A stretch of 64,000 nt of DNA, taken from the NCBI GenBank assembly GCA_964479005.1, contig CAYZJA010000002.1, positions 160,001 to 224,000 of the forward strand, read 5' to 3'. Source of the DNA: an uncultured Candidatus Saccharibacteria bacterium (GTDB taxonomy: Bacteria > Patescibacteriota > Minisyncoccia > UBA6257). The notes beneath the pieces were generated by a model. That model searched no databases. It was not told the DNA's origin and was given only the letters and a program-made list of their open reading frames with translations. A program made the position numbers and the translations under genes. Positions within the stretch are counted from its first letter, which is position 1. Every line of letters begins with the position of its first letter. Positions 28,067 through 37,994 of the stretch are shown piece by piece.

Positions 28067-29538
28067 AAGATACAATCAAAAATATTGTTTTAAACCCAAG
28101 CGCTTTTTTTCTTAAAAACTCAGGAACTAAGCAGACTATTGCTAAAAACACTTTTTGGTTGGCAATAGCGGAAGGTATATCCAAGTTTTTAAAATTAATT
28201 TTAATTATTTATATTGCCCGAATTTTAGGGGCTACTGAATACGGAAAATTCACTTTTGCTTTAGCTTTTGTTTCTTTATTTGCCATTTTTTCTGATTTTG
28301 GTGTTTCTTCAATCACTACTCGCGAACTTGCCCGGGAAAAAGAGAAAGAAAAAGAATTTCCCAATATTCTTTCTTTAAAACTCGTTTTGGGTATAGGAGC
28401 TTTATTTTTAATTTGTCTTGGTTCTTTTTTTATTACCACTGACCCCTTGATTCGCGCGATAATCTGGATTTTAGGAATTTATATTATAGTAAGCAGTTTC
28501 TCGGGGATTATTTATGCTTTTCTAAGGGCTTGTCAGCAAATGGAATACGAGGCCTGGACTAAAATTCTACAAGCGATGGTTGTAACCGGGGCTGGTTTTT
28601 TTGTTCTTTTTAATTTTCCCTCGGTTCAAAGTTTAAGTTTAGCTTATTTGTTTGCCGTCTCAATTGCTTTGATTGCTATATTGACTTTTTTTCACTTCAA
28701 GATTTATCAACTGAAATTAAGTTTTAATAAAAATATATGGCGAAATGTTTTATTAATGTCTTGGCCTCTGGCTTTAGCAGGGATATTCGGAACGATTTAT
28801 AGCCAAACTGATTCGATAATGATGGGTTATTTTGGCCAAATTACCCAAGTTGGTTGGTATAATGCCGCTTATAAAATTATCGGAGCAACTTTGATTCCAG
28901 TAGGTCTTATCTCCATAAGTTTTTTTCCACTATTTAGTAAATTATTCAAAGAATCAAAAGAAAAACTTCAGAAATCTTGGGATTATTATATGCAGTTGAT
29001 GATTTTTTTATCCGTGCCTTTAATAGTAGGAGGTATAGTTTTAGCCCCAAAAATTATTGATTTTGTTTACAATTCAAGTTATTTTCCATCAATTTTAGCC
29101 TTTCAAATTTTACTAATAATGGCAGCACTTTCTTATATTTGCAATCCTTTTGGCCAGGCATTAATTGTTTCAAATCAGCAAAAAAGACTTTTTTGGATAA
29201 CTTTATCAGGAGCAATCGTCAATGTTGGGCTAAACTTAATTCTAATTCCAAAATACAGCCTTTATGGAGCAGCTTTCACCACAGTTGTTACTTTGTTTTT
29301 AATTCTCTTTTTGCTTTACAAATTCACGTCAAAATTTACTCCAATCAAACCATTTAATTTAAAATTTCTTTTTAGTTTTCTTGGCGCTACTTTTTCTAGT
29401 ATTCTAATGTATCTTGTAATTTCTCAACCGAATGTTTATAATTTAAATATCTTTCTTTCCATCCTTATAGGAAGTTTAATCTACTTTTTGTGTTTTTTTC
29501 TTCTTAGAAAAATCACAAATTTGCTTAAATTTTTATAA
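28057..29538 (+). CDS. wzx: Oligosaccharide flippase (Wzx / polysaccharide biosynthesis protein family).
   Basis: 493 aa with ~12-14 TM helices, MATE-like polysaccharide-transporter topology. Confidence 0.65.
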   Translation: MDLKDTIKNIVLNPSAFFLKNSGTKQTIAKNTFWLAIAEGISKFLKLILIIYIARILGATEYGKFTFALAFVSLFAIFSDFGVSSITTRELAREKEKEKEFPNILSLKLVLGIGALFLICLGSFFITTDPLIRAIIWILGIYIIVSSFSGIIYAFLRACQQMEYEAWTKILQAMVVTGAGFFVLFNFPSVQSLSLAYLFAVSIALIAILTFFHFKIYQLKLSFNKNIWRNVLLMSWPLALAGIFGTIYSQTDSIMMGYFGQITQVGWYNAAYKIIGATLIPVGLISISFFPLFSKLFKESKEKLQKSWDYYMQLMIFLSVPLIVGGIVLAPKIIDFVYNSSYFPSILAFQILLIMAALSYICNPFGQALIVSNQQKRLFWITLSGAIVNVGLNLILIPKYSLYGAAFTTVVTLFLILFLLYKFTSKFTPIKPFNLKFLFSFLGATFSSILMYLVISQPNVYNLNIFLSILIGSLIYFLCFFLLRKITNLLKFL

Positions 29539-29603
29539 CATATGAAAAATTTTATATTCAATCAATTTATGGGATACCATATAATTATTAATAAAAAAGT
29601 AAA

Positions 29604-30341
29604 ATGAAAGGCATAGTTTTAGCAGGTGGCACGGGTTCAAGGTTAAAACCTTTAACAAATGTTACAAACAAGCATCTTTTACCTGTTGGTAAGTACCCAA
29701 TGATTTTTTATCCGATTTATCAATTGAAACAATCAGGTATTACGGAAATTCTTATTGTAACTAGTAGAGGACATATGGGAGACGTTATTGAACTTCTTGG
29801 AAGTGGGTATGAATTTGGTGTTCAGTTTACTTTTAAAGTTCAAGATCAAGCAGGAGGAATTGCTCAGGCGCTAGGTTTAGCAGAGCATTTTGTTGACGGG
29901 GATCGTTGCGTTGTTATTCTTGGAGATAATATTTTTGAAAATGATATTACTCCTTTTGTTGAATCATTTGAAAAACAAGAAAAAGGAGCAAAAATACTTC
30001 TAAAAGAAGTTTCAGATCCCCAGAGATTTGGTGTAGCTGAGCTTAGAGATAGAAAAATTATTTTGATTGAAGAAAAACCAAAACGACCAAAAAGCAATTT
30101 TGCCGTTACTGGTATTTATATGTATGACTCTAAAGTATTTGATATTATTAAAACAATAAAACCTTCGGAAAGAGAGGAACTTGAAATAACGGATGTAAAT
30201 AATAATTATATTCAACAAGGCACGTTAACTTATGATATTTTAAAAGGTTGGTGGACTGATGCAGGGACTTCCGAATCTTTATTTCGAGCAAATGAATTTT
30301 GTAAAGATATAATCTTGAATTTTAAAAATGGAAAAGTTTAA
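29604..30341 (+). CDS. rfbA: Glucose-1-phosphate thymidylyltransferase (short form).
   Basis: MKGIVLAGGTGSRLKPLT nucleotidyltransferase motif, with rfbCDB directly downstream. Confidence 0.8.
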   Translation: MKGIVLAGGTGSRLKPLTNVTNKHLLPVGKYPMIFYPIYQLKQSGITEILIVTSRGHMGDVIELLGSGYEFGVQFTFKVQDQAGGIAQALGLAEHFVDGDRCVVILGDNIFENDITPFVESFEKQEKGAKILLKEVSDPQRFGVAELRDRKIILIEEKPKRPKSNFAVTGIYMYDSKVFDIIKTIKPSEREELEITDVNNNYIQQGTLTYDILKGWWTDAGTSESLFRANEFCKDIILNFKNGKV

Positions 30342-30900
30342 AGTAATTAAAACTCCAATTAAAGATCTTGTAATAATAGAAACGAAAATATTCAAAGATG
30401 ATAGGGGATTTTTTATAGAAAGTTATAATTCAAAAGATTTTACTGATATTGGAGTTAATGGTCACTTTGTGCAAGATAATCATTCGATGTCAAAAAAAGG
30501 AGTTTTGAGAGGGTTACATTTTCAGTTTAAACATTCTCAAGGGAAGCTTGTTCGGGTAATTTCAGGAAAGGTATTTGATGTTGCAGTTGATTTAAGGTTA
30601 AACTCGTCAACTTTTGGGAAATGGTATGGAGTGGAACTTTCTGGTAATAATGGACTTCAATTTTATATACCTTCTGACTTTGCTCACGGTTTTCTTACCC
30701 TTCAAGAAAATACACATTTCTTTTATAAATGTACTGATTTTTACTGTCCTGATGATGAATTGGGAATTATATGGGATGATAAAGATATAGGTATCCAGTG
30801 GCCTTTATCTCAAGTTGAGAAGATTATAATTTCCAAGAAAGACAGTCAGTTACCCCCTTTTAGTGAAGTGAGGAGGATATTAGAAAAAGAAAATTCTTGA
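30328..30900 (+). CDS. rfbC: dTDP-4-dehydrorhamnose 3,5-epimerase.
   Basis: Cupin-fold RmlC blocks GLHFQ and KLVRVISGKVFDVAVDLR. Confidence 0.85.
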   Translation: MEKFKVIKTPIKDLVIIETKIFKDDRGFFIESYNSKDFTDIGVNGHFVQDNHSMSKKGVLRGLHFQFKHSQGKLVRVISGKVFDVAVDLRLNSSTFGKWYGVELSGNNGLQFYIPSDFAHGFLTLQENTHFFYKCTDFYCPDDELGIIWDDKDIGIQWPLSQVEKIIISKKDSQLPPFSEVRRILEKENS

Positions 30901-31766
30901 AGAAAATTATGAAAGTTTTAATACTTGGTGCAAATGGTCAATTGGGGAGTGAATTTAAGACTTTTTTGAAAGATAAAGCAGAAGTTTTTGCTTTTAATCA
31001 TAATGAGCTTGATATCCTTGATTTTAAAGGACTTATCAATAAATTCTTTGAATTATCTCCCGATGTTATCATAAATTGTGCAGCTTATACTAAAGTTGAC
31101 CAAGCAGAGGAAGAAGAAAATCTTGCTTATCAAGTAAATGCTGTAGGGGCAAAAAATATTTCCTTTGCTTCTTTTAAAATCAAGGCAAAAGTTGTTTATT
31201 TTAGCACTGATTATGTTTTTGATGGCACTCAAAATTCACCCTATAATGAATTTGACAAGCCCAACCCATTATCTATTTATGGTAGGTCAAAACTTTTTGG
31301 AGAAGAGTTTACAAAACAGTTTAATCCGAACCACTTAATTTTAAGAATTTCCTGGCTTTATGGAATAAATGGTTCAAACTTTGTAAAGAGTATTATAAGA
31401 CTTGCAAAAGAAAAAGGTGAATTAAAAGTTGTGAATGATCAATTTGGGACACCTACCTATACGCTTGATGTAGCAAAGCAAACTTGGAAACTTATTCAAG
31501 ATGATAATGTTGGTTTGTATCATTCTTCAAATACTGAGCAAACGACTTGGTTTGAATTTGCAAAAAAGATTGTTGAGCAACTTAACCTTGATGCAAAAGT
31601 CTTTCCGATAAAGACTGATAAGTTTCCAGTATTAGCAAAAAGACCAAGCTTTTCTGTACTGGAGGACTATTTACTTAAAATTGAAAATAAAAATATAATG
31701 CGTTCTTGGGAAGAAGCGTTTAACGATTTCGTAAACAAATATAAAAAGAAACTTATAAATGAATAA
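30897..31766 (+). CDS. rfbD: dTDP-4-dehydrorhamnose reductase.
   Basis: MKVLILGANGQLG, short-chain NAD(P)-binding protein of RmlD length (289 aa). Confidence 0.8.
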   Translation: MKKIMKVLILGANGQLGSEFKTFLKDKAEVFAFNHNELDILDFKGLINKFFELSPDVIINCAAYTKVDQAEEEENLAYQVNAVGAKNISFASFKIKAKVVYFSTDYVFDGTQNSPYNEFDKPNPLSIYGRSKLFGEEFTKQFNPNHLILRISWLYGINGSNFVKSIIRLAKEKGELKVVNDQFGTPTYTLDVAKQTWKLIQDDNVGLYHSSNTEQTTWFEFAKKIVEQLNLDAKVFPIKTDKFPVLAKRPSFSVLEDYLLKIENKNIMRSWEEAFNDFVNKYKKKLINE

Positions 31767-32778
31767 AACAATTTTAATAACAGGTGGAGCAGGTTTTATT
31801 GGCTCAAACTTCATCCATTATTTTGTAAAAGAATATCCTGATTACAGAATCGTAAACCTTGATAAGTTGACTTATGCAGGAAACCTTGAAAATCTAAAAG
31901 AAGTTGATGATAATCCGAATTACCATTTTGTAAAAGGGGATATTGTAAACAGGGAACTTGTTGAGTATATATTTGAAAAGTTTAATCCTTGTTATGTAGT
32001 GAATTTTGCTGCAGAATCACATGTTGATAGAAGCATTGAAGGACCAGAGATATTTATAAAATCAAATGTTTATGGCGCACAAATTTTGCTTGATGTTGCA
32101 AAGGAGTTTTGGTTAAAAAACAAAATGTTTGGAGAAACAAGATTTCTTCAAATAAGCACCGACGAAATTTATGGCTCTTTGCCTTTGGAAAGCACCGCGA
32201 AGTTTACTGAGGAATTATCTCTTAAACCAAACAGTCCTTACTCTGCATCAAAGGCCGCAGCCGATTTATTAGTGAAATCCTATCATTCAACATATAATAT
32301 GCCCATATTAATTACTCGTTCCTCTAATAATTTTGGCCCAAGGCAATATCCAGAAAAACTTATTCCTTTAATGATTACCAATGCTTTACAAGGAAAACCT
32401 TTGCCAGTTTATGGAGATGGTTTGAACGTGAGAGATTGGATATATGTTGAAGATAACTGCGGAGGTATTGATTTAGTGCTTCATAAAGGAAAAATTGGAG
32501 AAATTTATAATATTGGAGGCGGTAATGAAAGGAAAAACATTGACCTTGTAAACTTGATTTGCGAGATGCTTGCCGAAGTTACAGGAAAACCTGTTGAAGA
32601 ATATAAAAAATTGATAATTTTCGTGAAAGATAGACCCGGACATGACAGAAGGTATGCATTGAGTATTGAAAAAATGAAAAGAGAACTGGGATGGAGCCCA
32701 ACTACAGATTTCAAGAAAGGAATGGAAGAAACCGTTAAGTGGTTTATTGATAAATTTTCAATTGAAAGTAATAATTAA
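31759..32778 (+). CDS. rfbB: dTDP-glucose 4,6-dehydratase.
   Basis: ILITGGAGFIGSNF with YSASKAA (YxxxK) and the RmlB C-terminal blocks. Confidence 0.85.
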   Translation: MNKTILITGGAGFIGSNFIHYFVKEYPDYRIVNLDKLTYAGNLENLKEVDDNPNYHFVKGDIVNRELVEYIFEKFNPCYVVNFAAESHVDRSIEGPEIFIKSNVYGAQILLDVAKEFWLKNKMFGETRFLQISTDEIYGSLPLESTAKFTEELSLKPNSPYSASKAAADLLVKSYHSTYNMPILITRSSNNFGPRQYPEKLIPLMITNALQGKPLPVYGDGLNVRDWIYVEDNCGGIDLVLHKGKIGEIYNIGGGNERKNIDLVNLICEMLAEVTGKPVEEYKKLIIFVKDRPGHDRRYALSIEKMKRELGWSPTTDFKKGMEETVKWFIDKFSIESNN

Positions 32779-32798
32779 TAAAAATTTACAACTTAAAC

Positions 32799-33812
32799 AT
32801 GATTTCAGTAGTCGTTGTTTATAACAATCAACGAACTTTAAACGAGATTTTATTAAAGAGCTTAAAAAATCAGACAGTTAAATATGAACTTATTGCTCTT
32901 GATAATACTAAAGGACAGTTTAAATCAGCGGCTGAAGCATTAAATTTTGGTGGGGAAAAAGCAACTGGAAAATATATAATGTTTGTCCATCAGGACGTAG
33001 AGTTAGGTTCTGATTCATGGTTAGAAAAAGTTGAAAAGCTCTTGGATAATATACCTGATCTTGGAATTGCTGGTGTAGCGGGAATGAGTGAAAAAGGAAA
33101 AAGTAACAAGGAAAGGGGAAGGGGGTATATTAGTGATTCTGGCGAAATATGGCAATGGAGCAACTCTGTACAAAAGCCAGAAGAAGTCCAAACTTTAGAT
33201 GAGTGTCTTCTAATAGTGCCAAAGGCTGTATTTGATAATATAAAATTTGATGAAAAAATATTTGATAATTGGCACTGTTATGGTGCCGATTATTCTTTAT
33301 GCGTTAGAGAAAAAGGATTAAAAGCCTATGTAATCCCAGCTTTTATTTATCATAGGTCTTTAAGAGTAAATATAAATGGGTTATTAAAATATCAAAAAAT
33401 GTTATATAAAAAGTATCAAAAAAATTATAAACACATTTTTTTGACAACTGGTGAAATTTCTTGGGTAAAACTTATGTTGCGAACCATAGGAGCATTTTTA
33501 CACCCTTTTTATAAGAAATTTTTTCCGACTTGGATAGAGAAACTAAAAAGAAAGCTTTCCGATTGCAAAACGGTTTTAGATTTAGGATGTGGTTACAATT
33601 CTCCAATTCAATATTGTAAAGTATCTTTTTCAGTTGGAGTTGAATTATTTGAACCTTATTTGCAAGAAAGCAAAAAAAGGGGCATTCATAACCAATATAT
33701 AAAAGCAGACATTAGAAAAGTTGAATTCGGATCGAAATCTTTTGATGCTGTTCTATGTTTGGAAATTCTTGAACATTTACCAAATGATAATTTTATATTT
33801 ATAAAAAAATGA
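32799..33812 (+). CDS. Glycan-modifying fusion protein: N-terminal glycosyltransferase-like domain plus C-terminal class I SAM methyltransferase.
   Basis: N-terminal VVVVYNN..ALDNT (GT-A-like). C-terminal VLDLGCGYNSP and LCLEILEHLP. Confidence 0.45.
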   Translation: MISVVVVYNNQRTLNEILLKSLKNQTVKYELIALDNTKGQFKSAAEALNFGGEKATGKYIMFVHQDVELGSDSWLEKVEKLLDNIPDLGIAGVAGMSEKGKSNKERGRGYISDSGEIWQWSNSVQKPEEVQTLDECLLIVPKAVFDNIKFDEKIFDNWHCYGADYSLCVREKGLKAYVIPAFIYHRSLRVNINGLLKYQKMLYKKYQKNYKHIFLTTGEISWVKLMLRTIGAFLHPFYKKFFPTWIEKLKRKLSDCKTVLDLGCGYNSPIQYCKVSFSVGVELFEPYLQESKKRGIHNQYIKADIRKVEFGSKSFDAVLCLEILEHLPNDNFIFIKK

Positions 33813-34951
33813 AAATTTTATTCGTATCGCATTCCTCTAATTTATACGGAGCTGAGAGAGTTTTATTAGATCTAGTAATAGGGTTGAGGGGTAAAAAGAT
33901 AGAATCAATGGTAATACTACCATCTTTTGGTCCTTTATGTGAAAAATTAAAAAAAGAACAAATAAAATACAAAATCATTCCTTTTAAAGGATGGGCATCA
34001 GGATCATCATCATTTTTTAAAAGAATTTTAAGGATTATCTTTAATATTTTTGCAGTACCTCGTTTTTATTTACTTATTCGTAAAGAAAAGCCAGATCTTA
34101 TTGTTACAAGCTCTGCCGTTACCCCTCCCATAGGAGCAATAGTTGCTTACATTTTTCACATACCTCATTTTTGGTATATCCATGAGCTTGTTGAAAAGAA
34201 GCAAGGCCTTAGCTATAATTTAGGTATTAATTTTTCAACTAAGTTAATTAATAAATTTTCTAAGTTAGTTATTGTTAATTCCATTGCGGTAAAAAATAAA
34301 TATAAAAATTATATTCCAGAAGGTAAGTTAAAGTTAATTTATTGCGGAATTGAATTAAAAGAAAAAGAGAGAGGTGAAATTGGAAACATTATTTTGAACC
34401 ATTACGAAGATTACTTTCAACTTTGTACTGTTGCTTACATCAGCTCAGGCAAGGGCCAAATGGATGCGGTACGAACCATCAACTTATTGGTGAAAGAAGG
34501 ATATAAAGTTGTTTTGTTCATAGTTGGTGGTGGCGACTCAGACTATATTGCTGAAATAAAACAATTTATCAATATTCACCACTTAGAAAATAATATATTT
34601 TTAAGCGGTTTTTTGGAAAATCCTAAAAAAATTTATGAAATAAGTGATGTTTCATTGATGTGCTCTCGGATGGAAGCATTTGGGAGAGTGACGGTTGAAG
34701 CTATGTTGCACAAAAAACCGATTATAGGAGCCCGAAGTGGTGGTACCCTTGAATTAATCAAGGAAGGTTTTAATGGTTTTTTCTATGAACCAGGTAATTT
34801 TACAGAACTCGCAGAAAAGATAAAATATTTAATAAATAATAAAACAGAAAGACTGAAGATGGGTGAAAATGCTTATTGGTGGGCGAAGGAAAAGTTTTCT
34901 CTACAAAAGTTTATAGAAGAGTTTTATAAAATATGCCAAAAGTTTCTATAA
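33809..34951 (+). CDS. Glycosyltransferase family 4 (GT-B fold).
   Basis: C-terminal E-x7-E region EAFGRVTVEAM and GG.LE..KEG.NG. Confidence 0.7.
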   Translation: MKILFVSHSSNLYGAERVLLDLVIGLRGKKIESMVILPSFGPLCEKLKKEQIKYKIIPFKGWASGSSSFFKRILRIIFNIFAVPRFYLLIRKEKPDLIVTSSAVTPPIGAIVAYIFHIPHFWYIHELVEKKQGLSYNLGINFSTKLINKFSKLVIVNSIAVKNKYKNYIPEGKLKLIYCGIELKEKERGEIGNIILNHYEDYFQLCTVAYISSGKGQMDAVRTINLLVKEGYKVVLFIVGGGDSDYIAEIKQFINIHHLENNIFLSGFLENPKKIYEISDVSLMCSRMEAFGRVTVEAMLHKKPIIGARSGGTLELIKEGFNGFFYEPGNFTELAEKIKYLINNKTERLKMGENAYWWAKEKFSLQKFIEEFYKICQKFL

Positions 34952-35037
34952 TAATTCTTAATTGGAATAGATATAAAAATAAAGAAATTATGAAAGACTC
35001 AAATCAAAACTGGGCTGGTACAGGTATACTATATATA
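34933..35037 (+). pseudogene. 34-codon remnant of a GT2 glycosyltransferase N-terminus.
   Basis: MPKVSIIILNWNR then a stop. The first ~40 nt are duplicated at 35917-35960. Confidence 0.4.
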
Positions 35038-35201
35038 TGAATATAGCAGTATTAGAATTTTTTTAGATAACTTTAAGAAGCAAGAATTTGCAAAAATGAA
35101 AAATGTCAGAAGATTTTTTTACTCGTTAAGAGAAGTAGGTTTTAAAAAAAACGATATCTAAGCTTATTTTAAAATTTATAGAACACAGCGTTTATACGCA
35201 A

Positions 35202-35912
35202 ATGAATAATTTTAAAAGCGTTGAAGAATATTTTCAGAATAAAATAGGATTAGAAATAGGCGGACCAAGCAACTTCTTTACTAAAAATGGTTGCATGCCG
35301 ATTTATCAGATTGTATCAAGATTAGATGGAGTAAATTTTTCCTCAACGACTGTTTGGACAGGGAGCATTGATTCGTCAAAAGGGTATTTGGTAGGGGGAA
35401 AATGTTTTGGAAAACAGTTTATTTTAGACGCAACTGATTTGTCAAAATTGGATAAAGGAACATATGATTTTGTTTTGTCTTGCAATAATATTGAGCATGT
35501 GGCTAATCCATTAAGGGCTATTGAACAATGGGTGTCTATGTTAAAATCAAATGGGGTTATCGTTATCGTTGCCCTTAGGAAAGAATCAAATTTTGATCAT
35601 AATCGCAATATTGTAAAATTTACTCATCTTCTTGAAGATTATAATAATAATATTCAGGAAAACGATCTCGGACATTTGGAAGAAATATTGAAACTACATG
35701 ATTTAACATTAGACCCACCGGCTGGCACGATAGAACAGCTTAAAGAAAGAAGTTTGAAAAATTTTGAAAATTGTTGTTTGCATCAACATATTTTTGATTT
35801 AAATGTTTTGTCTGAAATTTATATTTATTTCAAATTGTCAATTGTTGCAAAATTTGAGATTCAGACCGATTATGTGATAATTGGCGTGAAAGATATCTTT
35901 ATTAAAGGATAA
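35202..35912 (+). CDS. Class I SAM-dependent methyltransferase.
   Basis: LEIGGPSNFF and DFVLSCNNIEHV (Methyltransf_11-like). Confidence 0.55.
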   Translation: MNNFKSVEEYFQNKIGLEIGGPSNFFTKNGCMPIYQIVSRLDGVNFSSTTVWTGSIDSSKGYLVGGKCFGKQFILDATDLSKLDKGTYDFVLSCNNIEHVANPLRAIEQWVSMLKSNGVIVIVALRKESNFDHNRNIVKFTHLLEDYNNNIQENDLGHLEEILKLHDLTLDPPAGTIEQLKERSLKNFENCCLHQHIFDLNVLSEIYIYFKLSIVAKFEIQTDYVIIGVKDIFIKG

Positions 35913-35916
35913 AAAA

Positions 35917-35991
35917 GATGACTCCAAAAGTTTCTATAATAATTCTTAATTGGAATGGATGGAAAGATGATAAATTTTTTTTTGAAATATA
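35917..35991 (+). pseudogene. Second 24-codon remnant of the GT2 N-terminus (MTPKVSIIILNWNGWKDD, then stop).
   Basis: Near-identical ~40-nt copy of 34933-34970. Confidence 0.4.
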
Positions 35992-35994
35992 ATT

Positions 35995-36900
35995 ATGAAT
36001 CAATTTAAGGTTACAGCAATCGTAGTGGCTTACTTCCCGGAGAGTCAAATTATTACTGAGACTATACAAAGTATTTATAAACAAGTAAGCCAGGTGTTGA
36101 TTATAGATAATACTCCAAATGGCAGTAATGTGTTTCAAAATCTTAAATTATTAAGAGAAGATAATAACATTAAGCTTATTACGCTTAACCAAAATACTGG
36201 TATAGCTCATGCTCAAAATGTTGGCATAAAAAAAGCGTTAGAGGATAAAGCTGATTTTGTTTTATTAAGCGATCAAGATACTTTTTATCCAAGTGATTAT
36301 GTGGATGAAATGCTCGAGGCATATTATAAGCTTGCTAATAGAGAAAAAGTAGCTGCCATTGCTCCTAATGTTTCTAATGTAAATTGTGAGGGTAGAAAAC
36401 AAATATTTATACAATTTAACGGTATTTTTAATAAAAGAATATATTTCCAAAATGGTTGCCATGAAATAACTGAAGTTATGGCATCTGGCATGATTATTCC
36501 ATCAAGAGTGTTCAATGATATTGGTTTTATGGATGAAGAGTTATTTATAGATTGGGTTGATTTAGAATGGGGCTGGAGAGCAAAGGCGAAAGGTTATAAA
36601 TTAATTGGTTGCAATGACGTTGTTATTAGACACCATTCAGGGGAAGTGGTGATAAAGATTGGACGGCGTTTATATACTACCTGGCCTCCGATCAGACATT
36701 ATTATATAGTCCGTAACATGATTCATTTAGCTTTAAGAAGTAAATATATAACATTCGGGAGGAGATTAAACCTTTTTATCAAATCTGTAAAATATATTGT
36801 TGGATATACTATTTTGGGTAAGCCCCACTGGAAATACTTTGCATATTCTCTAAAAGGTTTTTATCATGGAATTACAAAACAGTTAGGCCCTTATAAGTAA
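35995..36900 (+). CDS. Glycosyltransferase family 2.
   Basis: GT-A blocks VVAYFP, IDNTPNG and the LSDQDT DxD region. Confidence 0.65.
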   Translation: MNQFKVTAIVVAYFPESQIITETIQSIYKQVSQVLIIDNTPNGSNVFQNLKLLREDNNIKLITLNQNTGIAHAQNVGIKKALEDKADFVLLSDQDTFYPSDYVDEMLEAYYKLANREKVAAIAPNVSNVNCEGRKQIFIQFNGIFNKRIYFQNGCHEITEVMASGMIIPSRVFNDIGFMDEELFIDWVDLEWGWRAKAKGYKLIGCNDVVIRHHSGEVVIKIGRRLYTTWPPIRHYYIVRNMIHLALRSKYITFGRRLNLFIKSVKYIVGYTILGKPHWKYFAYSLKGFYHGITKQLGPYK

Positions 36901-36923
36901 TAATTCTATAATTATCCTAAATT

Positions 36924-37955
36924 ATGTCTTATAATTTTTACACATTTTTTGATAAAAATTTCTTTTATAAAGGATTGACTTTATACCGTTCTTTACAAAA
37001 AACTTGTAGCGATTTTGTTTTATTTGTTTTATGCGGTGACGAAATTACTTTTGATCTTTTGTATAAAATGAATTTGAACAATGTTAAATTAATTACTTTA
37101 CAAGAACTTGAAAAAGAAGATACTGATTTGTTGTTAATTAAAAATACTCGTACCCATATAGAATATTTGTGGACAACCAAAGCTTCCCTATCATTATTTC
37201 TATTTAAAAAGTATCCTCAATTGGAAACATTATCATATCTAGATGCTGATTTATATTTTTTTAACAATCCTCAAGTTTTTTTTGATGAATTAAATAATGA
37301 TTCTATTTTAATAATAAAAAGCGATCTTTCAATAGAGTATGAAAGATTATTATCACAAGCGCCATATAATACTCAATTTATTATTTTCAAGAATAATCCA
37401 GAGAGTATTAAAGTTTTAGAATGGTGGCGTAAAAAACTTATTGAACGATGTTATGGAAGACCTAGTAGCTTGTTGTTTTGGAGGAATTATAGAAACAAAA
37501 AGATGCAAGGCGCAGATCAAATATATTTAAGTGATTGGACGACAAGATTCAAAGGAATTCACGTTTTACAAAATAAAAAATTTTGTTTAGGGCCTTGGAA
37601 TGTAACTAAATACCATATTTTTTTGAAAGATAATATGATTTATGCAGAAGATACAAAATTGATATTTTATCATTTTCATAGTTTTGAAATTAATAATGCG
37701 AATAGATTCACTTTAGCGGATGGTGCTTATAGAATCAATAAATCAGTGAAAGAATTGATATATCGTCCTTATATCGCAGAAATTAAATCAATACTCGAAG
37801 GTATCAAGAAACTAGATCCTAATTTTCACTATGGTATCATAAAGAAAACTCTCAAAAAGAGAATGAGATTCTTTGCCAAAAGAATATTCTATGATTATTA
37901 TCGTTTTTTAAATTTATTTTCGAAAAATATAAATTATAAAAAGATTAATCTTTGA
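36924..37955 (+). CDS. Hypothetical protein, possibly a nucleotide-sugar transferase with a DxD motif.
   Basis: YLDADLYFF is DxD-like. 343 aa, no signal peptide. Confidence 0.35.
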   Translation: MSYNFYTFFDKNFFYKGLTLYRSLQKTCSDFVLFVLCGDEITFDLLYKMNLNNVKLITLQELEKEDTDLLLIKNTRTHIEYLWTTKASLSLFLFKKYPQLETLSYLDADLYFFNNPQVFFDELNNDSILIIKSDLSIEYERLLSQAPYNTQFIIFKNNPESIKVLEWWRKKLIERCYGRPSSLLFWRNYRNKKMQGADQIYLSDWTTRFKGIHVLQNKKFCLGPWNVTKYHIFLKDNMIYAEDTKLIFYHFHSFEINNANRFTLADGAYRINKSVKELIYRPYIAEIKSILEGIKKLDPNFHYGIIKKTLKKRMRFFAKRIFYDYYRFLNLFSKNINYKKINL

Positions 37956-37994
37956 TTAGTGAGTTCAATAAAAAATTATTTTACTTGAATATTT

